A stretch of 60,400 nt of DNA from Candidatus Saccharimonadota bacterium (GCA_029260875.1 JAJDCL010000011.1:1-60400); one strand, 5' to 3'; shown: positions 26,981-35,289, numbered from the stretch's first letter. Notes: generated from the sequence alone by a model not told the origin. Program-made: numbers and translations.

Positions 26981-28675
26981 TTGAATATGCTGGATAGGCT
27001 GGCCTCACTTGCTATTGGGTTCGTTCTAATTATTGCTGCTATTGGGATTGCACCCCCGTCAGCCGTGGTTTATGCGTCAGATGATAGCGGCATAGTCATT
27101 CATCGTTTTCAGGCTGGGGGTGCGATCACAAACACAACCGATCACGAGTACATTGAGCTCTACAACAACAGCAGCATAGATATAGAAGTCAGCAATTGGT
27201 GTGTGCTGTTTGGGGCGGATACGGTCGCCTGTATTAGCCCGCCAGACTTAATGACAAAAATTTTTCTGGAAGCGCATAAATCTATCCCCATAATGAACCC
27301 AGCCTTGGAAAGCAATATCAAGAAAACTATCCCAGAGTTTAATGCCGATATTTTGTTCACCATAAAGAGCAATTTGCCCACCACCAACGGCTCTCTGAAA
27401 TTGGTTGATCAAAACGGGCTTATCGTTGACTCTCTGGGTTGGGGCACCGGAGTCGGTGAAGGTACTTCTGCGCCTGGGAATATTACAAGCGGTAAAATAT
27501 TACAACGCATTAGTTTTGATGAAAACATGCTGCAGGACACGAACAACAACAGTACTGACTTTGAGATGACAACCGCTCCAGGCACATTTGTGCTGGGAGG
27601 CCTGTATGAGCAAATTACATCCGTAGATGCCTGCCCGAATACTCCTGAATTCGACGTAATTTTGCCAGTTGGCTATCTACACGATGAAGCAGGAAGTTGC
27701 TATGAGGACCTGTGCGATAACATGTCTGGCTTACAAAAAACTGTTCCGAACGGATACGTGCGCGAGTCTTTCGACTGTTTGATTGGCCAAATCAAAATAA
27801 CAGAGCTGCTGCCTAATACTGCTGGCAGCGACACCGGCAATGAGTATATCGAGTTACACAACCCTTCTGCTACACACATAAGTTTAGATGGTTACTATCT
27901 ACAGGTAGGCTCAGAAAGCAAAAAGTATACGCTCCCACCTGGCACCATAATCGGCCCTGGCGAACTAACAGTCATCAAGGCCTCGCAACCTCAATTTACC
28001 CTACCCAACTCTTCTAGTAGCGTAGCTCTGTTCACGCCTGATGATATATTGCTGTACGAAACGCCTGTGTACGTGCAGCCAGCCGACGATGAAGCTTGGG
28101 CTGAAATAAACGGCACATGGCAATACACAAACCAGCCAACGCCCGGAATAACAAATCTGCCAAGTCTGTCCGAGCCCATTCTCGTTAGCGAAGAAAAGGT
28201 GGCGCTTGAACCATGCCCGCCGGACAAAATAAGAAACCCTGAGACTAACCGCTGTAGAAATATAGTTCAGGCAGCCAGCAGTTTGCTGCCTTGTGAAATA
28301 GGGGAAACGCGTAACCCTGAAACAAATAGGTGCCGAAAAATTGTATCAGCTACGCCCACACTAACTCCCTGCAAACCTGGTCAGGAGCGTAACCCTGAAA
28401 CAAATCGGTGCAGGCAACTTGCATCAGAAGATACATCACCGGTTCCGTGTCAGGAAGGTTATGAGCGCAACCCAGATACAAATCGGTGCCGAAAAACTAC
28501 GACCGGCAGTGTTGCCGGAGCGGCAACCTTCCCTGTCACCAGCCAAGCCCCGCTGCACCCGGGCATATTATTTAGCCTAACATTATTAACTATTGCTTAC
28601 GGAATTTATGAATACCGCTACGATTTAGGCAATCTGGCTCACAAACTACGATCAAAACATGCCAAAAATAAATAA
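26981..28675 (+). CDS. lamin-tail-domain (LTD) surface protein with four 26-aa Cys-containing repeats and a C-terminal TM
   Basis: LTD-like IKITELLPNTAGSDTGNEYIELHNPS. Four C-x6-RNP(E/D)TNRCR repeats. C-terminal hydrophobic anchor. The ATG at 26987 may be the true start. Confidence 0.75.
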   Translation: MNMLDRLASLAIGFVLIIAAIGIAPPSAVVYASDDSGIVIHRFQAGGAITNTTDHEYIELYNNSSIDIEVSNWCVLFGADTVACISPPDLMTKIFLEAHKSIPIMNPALESNIKKTIPEFNADILFTIKSNLPTTNGSLKLVDQNGLIVDSLGWGTGVGEGTSAPGNITSGKILQRISFDENMLQDTNNNSTDFEMTTAPGTFVLGGLYEQITSVDACPNTPEFDVILPVGYLHDEAGSCYEDLCDNMSGLQKTVPNGYVRESFDCLIGQIKITELLPNTAGSDTGNEYIELHNPSATHISLDGYYLQVGSESKKYTLPPGTIIGPGELTVIKASQPQFTLPNSSSSVALFTPDDILLYETPVYVQPADDEAWAEINGTWQYTNQPTPGITNLPSLSEPILVSEEKVALEPCPPDKIRNPETNRCRNIVQAASSLLPCEIGETRNPETNRCRKIVSATPTLTPCKPGQERNPETNRCRQLASEDTSPVPCQEGYERNPDTNRCRKTTTGSVAGAATFPVTSQAPLHPGILFSLTLLTIAYGIYEYRYDLGNLAHKLRSKHAKNK

Positions 28676-28754
28676 GCCCTGGCCTTTTAGCCAAGTTTTT
28701 TACGCTCACGACTATATAAGCCCGTAGTACTAGAGGTGAGGAGTGATAATAAAT

Positions 28755-28916
28755 TTAAAGTTGTTTGGTGTTCTGGTTAGCTTCTACAGAATTACGAGTA
28801 ATTTCTAAGTTGCACGCATGGTTAGCACTACAAAACGCTTCGCATTGTTTGGCCAGGTTTTTGTCAACGTAGTGGAGGCCACACTCAGAACATTTATATA
28901 GTGTTGTTTCCGACAT
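28755..28916 (-). CDS. small Cys-rich (zinc-ribbon-like) protein, 53 aa
   Basis: My own translation: MSETTLYKCSECGLHYVDKNLAKQCEAFCSANHACNLEITRNSVEANQNTKQL*. CxxC...CxxxC pattern. Below the ORF-track cut-off. Confidence 0.45.
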   Translation of the reverse strand: MSETTLYKCSECGLHYVDKNLAKQCEAFCSANHACNLEITRNSVEANQNTKQL

Positions 28917-28988
28917 AGTTATATTTTAACAAAAGCGACCTCATTATAACGAAGTCGCTAGATAAGAAGATGTGTTTTATAACGGAAT

Positions 28989-29127
28989 TGGGGGGCCAGG
29001 AGGGACTCGCCTTGCCACCAAAACAAAATTAGTTTTGGTTAATGCAATCCTAGAACATGCCACCAGGCATCTTCTAGGACTAAAGGTTCGGGGACTGCCA
29101 TTCAAGGCAGTCCCGTTCGAGCCCCTG
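28989..29127 (-). repeat. tRNA-3'-end-associated structured repeat, copy 1
   Basis: ~134 nt, ~95% identical (by eye) to 54325-54464 in inverted orientation. Ends (minus strand) in CGAGTCCCTCCTGGCCCCCCA, a 20/21 copy of the tRNA-Lys 3' end. Confidence 0.85.
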
Positions 29128-29144
29128 CCTGGACTCGGCAAAAT

Positions 29145-29178
29145 AAAAATACTCTAACTTTTCAGTCAGAGTATTTTT
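29145..29178 (-). terminator. bidirectional terminator-like hairpin immediately 3' of tRNA-Lys
   Basis: AAAAATACTCT / AGAGTATTTTT 11-bp stem with T-runs on both strands. Starts 3 nt after the tRNA CCA. Confidence 0.6.
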
Positions 29179-29181
29179 ATT

Positions 29182-29258
29182 TGGAGGGCCAGGAGGGACT
29201 CGAACCCTCGACATTCTGCTTAAGAGGCAGACGCTCTAACCAGCTGAGCTACTGGCCC
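29182..29258 (-). tRNA. tRNA-Lys(CUU), CCA encoded
   Basis: GGGCCAGTAGCTCAGCTGGTTAGAGCGTCTGCCTCTTAAGCAGAATGTCGAGGGTTCGAGTCCCTCCTGGCCCTCCA. All four stems pair. Anticodon loop CU-CUU-AA. Confidence 0.9.
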
Positions 29259-29330
29259 GGGTAGGGCTTATAAATACAACAGGGGAACTTTAGCAAATTA
29301 CATCTGTTTTTTCAATGGTAGACTGTCATT

Positions 29331-29924
29331 ATGACAATTGGCGAACAAAAGGATGTAATAAGACGAAAGTTAATGCAGCAAAGGCAGTCATTACAAGCCG
29401 CTTATGTAAACGACGCAAGTCAAAAGATTGTTAACCATTTAATCAATCTTGTTCCTTGGAACAAAGTGCGCTGCCTGCATACCTACGCTCCCATTGAAAG
29501 CAAGAAAGAGGTAGACACATGGCCCCTACTGAGATATGTCTGGGAACATCAACCGCATGTTACGGCTCTGGCGCCAACCATAGTTAAACAACAAATGATC
29601 AATGTTGCCGTTGATACTAAAACCAAATGGCACAAAAATAAGCTTGGCGTTCCAGAGCCCACTAATGCGCCTGTGTCAGTTTTGTTTCATCAATTTGATA
29701 TTATAATCGTACCCGCAGTTGGCTTTGACAAAAACGGATACCGGCTGGGCTACGGTCAAGGCTATTACGACAAATTTCTGACAAACCAACCCCACGCTAC
29801 AACCATTGGTCTTGCCTACGCAAACTCAGAAGTCAAGCTCGGCCTCCCTGTTGAACCACACGATGTTAGGCTGGACTGCGTGGTTACCGAGGATGGCGTA
29901 TTAGAATTTCGTACCAAAATCTAA
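29331..29924 (+). CDS. 5-formyltetrahydrofolate cyclo-ligase
   Basis: IIVPAVGFDKNGYRLGYGQGYYDKFL signature. 197 aa. Confidence 0.85.
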   Translation: MTIGEQKDVIRRKLMQQRQSLQAAYVNDASQKIVNHLINLVPWNKVRCLHTYAPIESKKEVDTWPLLRYVWEHQPHVTALAPTIVKQQMINVAVDTKTKWHKNKLGVPEPTNAPVSVLFHQFDIIIVPAVGFDKNGYRLGYGQGYYDKFLTNQPHATTIGLAYANSEVKLGLPVEPHDVRLDCVVTEDGVLEFRTKI

Positions 29925-30353
29925 GTCCGTTTTGCTCTTTTGCTTCGCTTCGCCATTTTTGCTTGAAGTGTCTTTTGTAGGCAGGGAAGAATTGGTCGTA
30001 CTGAAAGTCAGCTTCGATGTGAGTAAGATAAAGTTCGTCGGCGCGATTAATCGTTTGCTTATATACCGCTTCCCCGCCTATTACCCATACATTACTTAAC
30101 ATGTTAAGTAATGATAAATTATTAACAACTTCAATTCCTGGCACAGTTTTTGACTGATTAGACAGAATAATATTACGACGATTTTTAGCGGATGTCCGAT
30201 TACTTCAAATGTCCTGCTGCCCATTAAAACTCTAGCACCCTTGGAGCTGGTCATCTCACGGAAGAAACGACGATCATCCGGAATATCCCATGGTACGGCT
30301 CCGTCCTTGGCAATACCTAATTGATTGTCTAGGGCTGCAATCAGACGTATCAC
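29884..30353 (-). pseudogene. folA: dihydrofolate reductase interrupted by a -1 frameshift in an A5 run
   Basis: The N-terminal half (MIRLIAALDNQLGIAKDGAVPWDIPDDRRFF...RTFEVIGHPLK) and C-terminal half (...VWVIGGEAVYKQ...LYLTHIEADFQ) are in different frames. One extra A at 30182-30186 would restore PLKNRRNIILS. Confidence 0.8.
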
Positions 30354-31621
30354 TTACTACCCCAGATTAGTGGTCGGATGTGGTTCATTAAATAGAAAGA
30401 GCCGGTAACAAGAAGTATTGGCTCAGGACGTTTTATAAGTGCCCTGTAAGCGTCTTCGGGGTTTTTAACCACGGCGACGTCACTATAGCCGAGCAGTCGG
30501 CAGTATTCGGCGACTTGCTCGGGGCCCACGGAAGTTTTTGGCATATCCTGCTCGCCACCAAAACTAGTTAAAATAACGTAGCTGGACAGCTCAGCGATCG
30601 CCATTATGTCCGTACGAGCCTTATAATCATGGCTTTCAACCACAGCGAGCAATGTAGCAATTTTTTGCCCTTCATACTTCGCTTTTAGGCTTTCCGCCAA
30701 ACTCCTCATTTTTTGCGCGTTATGGGCGCCATCCATAACAATCGTCTTGTCATTATGCTCAACTATTTCCATGCGGGCCGGTATATAGGTCTTGGTTAAC
30801 TGTTGAATCGCCAGATCATCCAGCTTGCGCAAATTATCTCGTACTTGTAAGTGCTCGTATACAGCAAGGGCAAGCTTAAAATTGCGCTGCTGATAAAAGG
30901 GCAGAGCGGTTGTCATATTATCAAGCGGACTTCCTTCTAATACCGTTAATTCCCCGCCTTGCTCAGCAACTTTTTCTTTTACTATTTGCATAACTTCATC
31001 TGGCTGCTTATGCATTATCACTTGGTTGTTTTTCTGAATAATTCCGGCTTTTTGGGCGGTGATCTCTGCAATAGTATTGCCCAGAATCTCTGTATGATCT
31101 AGGTCAATATCCGTAATAACGCACAATTTGTCACCTCTGGTAATCACATTTGTGCCGTCTAATAACCCGCCTAAGCCCACTTCAATTACTGCGTACTCGA
31201 CCCCTGCCCTTTTAAACCGCCAAAACGCAAAGGCAACCAAAATCTCAAAATAAGTAGGCATAATATCTATACTTTCCAGTAGATCCATAAATATACTCAG
31301 TTCACTGCAGAATTGATGTTCTGGTAATGGTGTTAAGTTTATCTGCACGCGTTCGTTGACCCCGTCTATGTGTGGCGAAACTGTCAGCCCGACCTGCTTG
31401 CCTGTAGCTTTAAGCATCGCCGCTATGTAATAACTCGTTGAGGTTTTGCCGCTAGTGCCCGCTACATGAATGCACTTATAAGAATCCTGTGGGTTGCCAA
31501 GTCTATCCATTAGGTTGCGCATGCGGTCAAGTTTATAAGCATCTCTAGTAAATCGGTCCGGTCGGGCCACATACCGAGATAGTAATTGGTTTACATCTTC
31601 AAGGGTTCTTAATTTATACAT
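30350..31621 (-). CDS. folC: folylpolyglutamate synthase / dihydrofolate synthase
   Basis: P-loop HVAGTSGKTSTS. Mur-ligase-like layout. 423 aa. Confidence 0.85.
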   Translation of the reverse strand: MYKLRTLEDVNQLLSRYVARPDRFTRDAYKLDRMRNLMDRLGNPQDSYKCIHVAGTSGKTSTSYYIAAMLKATGKQVGLTVSPHIDGVNERVQINLTPLPEHQFCSELSIFMDLLESIDIMPTYFEILVAFAFWRFKRAGVEYAVIEVGLGGLLDGTNVITRGDKLCVITDIDLDHTEILGNTIAEITAQKAGIIQKNNQVIMHKQPDEVMQIVKEKVAEQGGELTVLEGSPLDNMTTALPFYQQRNFKLALAVYEHLQVRDNLRKLDDLAIQQLTKTYIPARMEIVEHNDKTIVMDGAHNAQKMRSLAESLKAKYEGQKIATLLAVVESHDYKARTDIMAIAELSSYVILTSFGGEQDMPKTSVGPEQVAEYCRLLGYSDVAVVKNPEDAYRALIKRPEPILLVTGSFYLMNHIRPLIWGSK

Positions 31622-31665
31622 CGTTTAACTTCTCTCATAAGATGATACACTAGTACGGCAAATAT

Positions 31666-31742
31666 GCGCCCGTAGCTCAGCGGATTAGAGCGACTGGCTT
31701 CGGACCAGTAGGTCGGGGGTTCGAATCCCTCCGGGCGTACCA
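31666..31742 (+). tRNA. tRNA-Arg(UCG), CCA encoded
   Basis: GCGCCCGTAGCTCAGCGGATTAGAGCGACTGGCTTCGGACCAGTAGGTCGGGGGTTCGAATCCCTCCGGGCGTACCA. Anticodon loop CU-UCG-GA. G1.U72 wobble. Confidence 0.88.
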
Positions 31743-33338
31743 TTCTAGACGTAAAGCGTCTAATAGGTCAGTTTTCATCTGTTGTGACATTGTTCTAACC
31801 TGTTCTAATTGTTCAACAAAGCGTTTTGTATTATCACGAAGTGGCATAAGCCACTCGTTAGGTGTTATTTGTAGTTTTCCGTCTATTAACACAGGGTTCT
31901 GACCGATTGCTAACAGTATTTCCTTTTTATCAGCAATATCGCCGTTTACGAACTTAGCGTTAGCGTTCATGAACTTACTAATCAGGTCTGTCATGTAATC
32001 GTACCAGTTTTCGGTACTCTCATTTTTAGTAGCCTGTTGCTTATGCAGCTCTTTTAATTCACCCTTGAGCTTTGCTGCTTTTTCTATAAAGGTACTCTCC
32101 TCTACGAGTTTACGAGTAGACATGTCTAACAGCGTGTCGTATTGGTCTTTTAAGCTCTTTATAGCTTGTTCTTGCATAGTTTCTACACTCTTACGCTCTG
32201 GTATGTCGGCTTGAGCCATTTGGTTAATAGCATCCATGCTCCAATCATAGAGTTCTGGTATTAGCTCCCAGTTATTGAGTTCATCTACACATTCCTTGAA
32301 TAGTTCATCTTCCGTTTTATAGCCATACTTCTTAATCTGACCGCATGGGCGTTTACCAGTACAGTGATAATACGTATGGGTACGAGTAGTACCATTTATG
32401 TTCTTACGCTCTTTGCTTTGAGCAGTAATCATACAGCCACACTCACCACAGCGTATAAAGCCACGCAGTACGAATTGTTTACGAGCAGCAAAGCGTTTAC
32501 CACCATGACGACCTAACAATACTTGGATTTTGTCGTATTCTACTTGTGTCATTAAGGCTGGGAAATCTGCTGGGTACAATTTTTCTTCATCATAAGGATC
32601 AGGCACCCAACCTGCATAACGGACGTTACGGAACATGTAATAGAGTGACGAGCGACCAATTGGACCACCGCCTTTTTTCTTACGTTGAACGGTGCGATAG
32701 CCCCACTCATTATTCATAATATTTAGGATTTGCTGGACACTGTACTCACCAGTCAGCATCAAATCTACAGCCTTACGCAGTAGCGGAAAGCGTTCGGGGT
32801 CTTTGTAGACGGTTTTGTTAATACGGTCATTTAAGTAGCCCTCTGGTGCGATACCAGTAATGCCACCAATCTTACGCTTCTTCTCGTTACCACGCTTCAC
32901 GTCCTTACTCAGCTTTGCTGAGAAGTATTGGGACTGACTCATAGTCATCTGTAACATCATCAGACCCTCTGGCGAGTTTTCAAAGCTAAAGCTGGCGAAC
33001 TTTAGGTCTTTAATTACACCCGTACGAATACGCCACGTAATAGTTGAGGCATCTACCTCATTACGAGACAAACGGTCGGGGTGCCAAGCAATAATGCCGT
33101 CAGCCTCACCGTTATCTATCATTTCTATGACTTTCTTAAATACATCACGCTTATCAGGTTCAAAAGCACTTTTACTCTCGTCTAAGGTCGCTACAATATT
33201 CAGGTCTTTGAATTGTTCGTTACACTTATCTTTTTGTGCGTCTTTAGACAGCACTTGTTTTTCTTCGTCCTCAGTAGACTTACGCAAGTACAGTACGTAG
33301 CGTAGTTTATTAGTCTTGTCGTTTGGATATTCACTCAT
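31677..33338 (-). CDS. large serine recombinase (resolvase catalytic domain + recombinase domain + zinc ribbon + coiled coil)
   Basis: YVLYLRKSTEDEEKQ (Ser nucleophile), HPDRLSRN, CGECGCMITA...YYHCTG. The last 22 codons (YARRDSNPRPTGPKPVALIR) are the antisense of tRNA-Arg. Confidence 0.88.
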   Translation of the reverse strand: MSEYPNDKTNKLRYVLYLRKSTEDEEKQVLSKDAQKDKCNEQFKDLNIVATLDESKSAFEPDKRDVFKKVIEMIDNGEADGIIAWHPDRLSRNEVDASTITWRIRTGVIKDLKFASFSFENSPEGLMMLQMTMSQSQYFSAKLSKDVKRGNEKKRKIGGITGIAPEGYLNDRINKTVYKDPERFPLLRKAVDLMLTGEYSVQQILNIMNNEWGYRTVQRKKKGGGPIGRSSLYYMFRNVRYAGWVPDPYDEEKLYPADFPALMTQVEYDKIQVLLGRHGGKRFAARKQFVLRGFIRCGECGCMITAQSKERKNINGTTRTHTYYHCTGKRPCGQIKKYGYKTEDELFKECVDELNNWELIPELYDWSMDAINQMAQADIPERKSVETMQEQAIKSLKDQYDTLLDMSTRKLVEESTFIEKAAKLKGELKELHKQQATKNESTENWYDYMTDLISKFMNANAKFVNGDIADKKEILLAIGQNPVLIDGKLQITPNEWLMPLRDNTKRFVEQLEQVRTMSQQMKTDLLDALRLEWYARRDSNPRPTGPKPVALIR

Positions 33339-33577
33339 GTTTTATTCCTATCAAAAGGGCGACTCGGTTGTTCACACGTCCAGATGCTGAAAGCAACTTT
33401 CCGATACCAAGCCGCCCTTACGGTGCGGAAATAAAAACACTTTCAGCGTGTCTTCTGGTTGTGTGAACCCTTACATTATATATTGTTAAAATTTGCCTGT
33501 ATAGCCATATTTGCTTTCGCTTACGACTACTTATTTGTTACTGATTTACATACTTACTCCTCTCTGTTAATTGACGT

Positions 33578-33603
33578 ACCCACCGTACTTACCTATATAG
33601 TTT
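33578..33603. repeat. 26-bp inverted repeat, left copy
   Basis: The reverse complement AAACTATATAGGTAAGTACGGTGGGT matches 43193-43218 at 25/26 positions. Overlaps the TAG stop of the P-loop gene. Confidence 0.9.
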
Positions 33604-34864
33604 GCTCAGGGAACCACTGGGGGTAGATGAGCTTGCTACGCTTATCACCGAACTCTGGTGCTTGCTGAATAATCAGACCACCGTTTTCAAGCTGCGGCAG
33701 AATCTGCTTACGCAAATATGTATCGGGTAGTACGGTCTTTTCTAGACGCAGGTAGTAGTGAGAAAGCTGCTCACGGCTCACGCCTAATGCGTAGGTTGCT
33801 TTGGAGCTGGACTCCCTCACTTCATAGTAGGCGGGTAAGATGTATTGCTTGTAGAAGTGAACGGCTGTTGGTGGAATGCCTAAGTTCTGGCTTTGAGCTA
33901 ACTGCTCCCACAACTCAAAGGCTTGGTCAATATCTGACTGATTAGCCACAATAGAGCCGTCGGACTGCTTACGGTGCCACAGGTTGAGTAACGCAATAAC
34001 CTTAATTAGCTGTTGTAATTGTGTAAAGTCACGAGTATGACGCTGCTTTAGCTTTGGAAAGCTGCCGTGGAAACGCTCCATAATCTCATTATCGTCAGGC
34101 AGTTTGATGTACTCCACATAAGCGTCACGGATCGCCACGATACGCTCTTTAAGAGCTATGCGTTCTGGGCGTGATTCCAGCCACTCATCATGGGCTTTCT
34201 CATCTTTACCACGCTTGTTTTGTTGCTCAATGGCTGCCTGTATTTTCTCCTGAGTTGGTTCGGGGCTAAGCAATATCGCTCTGGTAGCCTCTTGCTCATC
34301 CAGCTTCAGCCCAGCCGAACAGAACACGGTCGCAGGAAAACCCTGTAGAATAATCAGCTCGGTATGGTTTTTTCCTGACTTGCTTTTGTTAGTAATGCGA
34401 TAGTTAATTTCCCAGCTATCGTGCGATAGGATTGGACGCAGTTTTGTTTGTATAGCTGAATTACCTTGTTCGTAGAACAATAAAATCTTACGTTCAAACG
34501 AGATAACCTTGGCATTGCGTTCCTCGTCTTCTTCACCCTCAGTGTGGTAAAAAGATGTTGGGCTGGCACCACTTGATTCAATTTTATCTTCTTCTGGGAA
34601 TAGCTTGGCGACTTCAGTAGTTATATGGGTCTTGCCTGATGCACTAGGTGCGTTGAAGCTGACGTTAATTTGTGAGTTGTGGGTATAGGCTGACAACATA
34701 CAGTAGAACGTGATGAGCTTGCAGACATCATCTTTCTTAATAGTGAGGTCAAGTACGTCTAGTAGCTGCTGCATGGACAGTTCGCCGTAGAGCTTTTGGT
34801 CTATGCCGTTCAGTGCCTCATGCACTTCTTCTTTAGTCGTTTGAGTTTGTGGATTCATTTTCAT
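33593..34864 (-). CDS. P-loop NTPase, putative replication/helicase-type protein of the element
   Basis: Walker A NAPSASGKTH, a hydrophobic strand ending in E (KILLFYEQ), and a C-terminal winged-helix-like segment. Family not recognised. Confidence 0.5.
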   Translation of the reverse strand: MKMNPQTQTTKEEVHEALNGIDQKLYGELSMQQLLDVLDLTIKKDDVCKLITFYCMLSAYTHNSQINVSFNAPSASGKTHITTEVAKLFPEEDKIESSGASPTSFYHTEGEEDEERNAKVISFERKILLFYEQGNSAIQTKLRPILSHDSWEINYRITNKSKSGKNHTELIILQGFPATVFCSAGLKLDEQEATRAILLSPEPTQEKIQAAIEQQNKRGKDEKAHDEWLESRPERIALKERIVAIRDAYVEYIKLPDDNEIMERFHGSFPKLKQRHTRDFTQLQQLIKVIALLNLWHRKQSDGSIVANQSDIDQAFELWEQLAQSQNLGIPPTAVHFYKQYILPAYYEVRESSSKATYALGVSREQLSHYYLRLEKTVLPDTYLRKQILPQLENGGLIIQQAPEFGDKRSKLIYPQWFPEQTI

Positions 34865-35015
34865 ATTCCTTGCTTAATTGTTGTTGTAGTTTCAGGCCAA
34901 CCAGACGCAATATTGCACGTCCAGCAGCTTGTGCTTTTTCGGTGTCGTAGTCCAAGTTATGGTGTTTCTTCAGAATCACTTGGAGCTTACTAATGCTGTC
35001 TTCACTAATCCTCAT
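34833..35015 (-). CDS. small hypothetical protein (60 aa, MRISEDSISKL...)
   Basis: The ATG at 35015 overlaps the end of the upstream ORF by 11 nt, and the 3' end overlaps the P-loop gene start, giving phage-like tight packing. The longer track ORF start is implausible. Confidence 0.4.
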   Translation of the reverse strand: MRISEDSISKLQVILKKHHNLDYDTEKAQAAGRAILRLVGLKLQQQLSKEYENESTNSND

Positions 35016-35289
35016 GGCACAGCACCTTGTACATATATGCCGATAGGTTTTTGTATTCATGCCAATGCTCATGAGGATCCACCTGTAGCATCCCGTCCCA
35101 GTAGTCTTCCACGTCTTGCTCAATACCACTCGCTGCTGCAAAGTGAAAAACAACAATGCCAGAACAGCAACCTACTGGGTGCATAAAGATAACTTCGTAA
35201 CCCTTTGCTGACAAGGCTACTGCTAAACCAAAATCCTCTGTATCAAAGGTTGTCATGCCTTCACCTTCTTTTCTTATTACTTTGCCCAT
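35005..35289 (-). CDS. small hypothetical protein (94 aa)
   Basis: ORF track. First gene downstream of a TTGACA-18-TTATAA promoter-like pair at 35443-35414. Confidence 0.45.
   Translation of the reverse strand: MGKVIRKEGEGMTTFDTEDFGLAVALSAKGYEVIFMHPVGCCSGIVVFHFAAASGIEQDVEDYWDGMLQVDPHEHWHEYKNLSAYMYKVLCHED

Noticed and set aside
28989-29127. Whether the repeat is itself a tRNA, an intron-containing tRNA or a permuted tRNA
   Set aside because: Only the last ~21 nt resemble a tRNA (half a T-loop, the T-stem 3' strand, the acceptor 3' strand and CCA). No complementary acceptor 5' strand or T-stem 5' strand exists upstream on either strand. The GATTCGAAC at the other end has no flanking stem.
28972-29157. 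61-aa plus-strand ORF (and the 97-aa ORF at 54390-54683) lying inside the structured tRNA-associated repeats
   Set aside because: Both ORFs are generated by the hairpin-rich repeat sequence. The two 'proteins' sit on opposite strands of the same repeat, so they are unrelated to each other. Neither has an RBS or a recognisable motif.
31677-31742. Last 22 residues of the recombinase as a genuine protein domain
   Set aside because: They are the exact antisense of a tRNA (the familiar ...RRDSNPRP... artefact peptide). This is reported as a junction feature, not as a functional domain.
34929-35186. Plus-strand 85-aa ORF and the 107-aa minus-strand ORF start at 35156
   Set aside because: Both overlap the better-packed minus-strand small genes. 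The 107-aa ORF's first 47 codons are out-of-frame overlap with the 94-aa gene, so the internal Met at 35015 was used instead.
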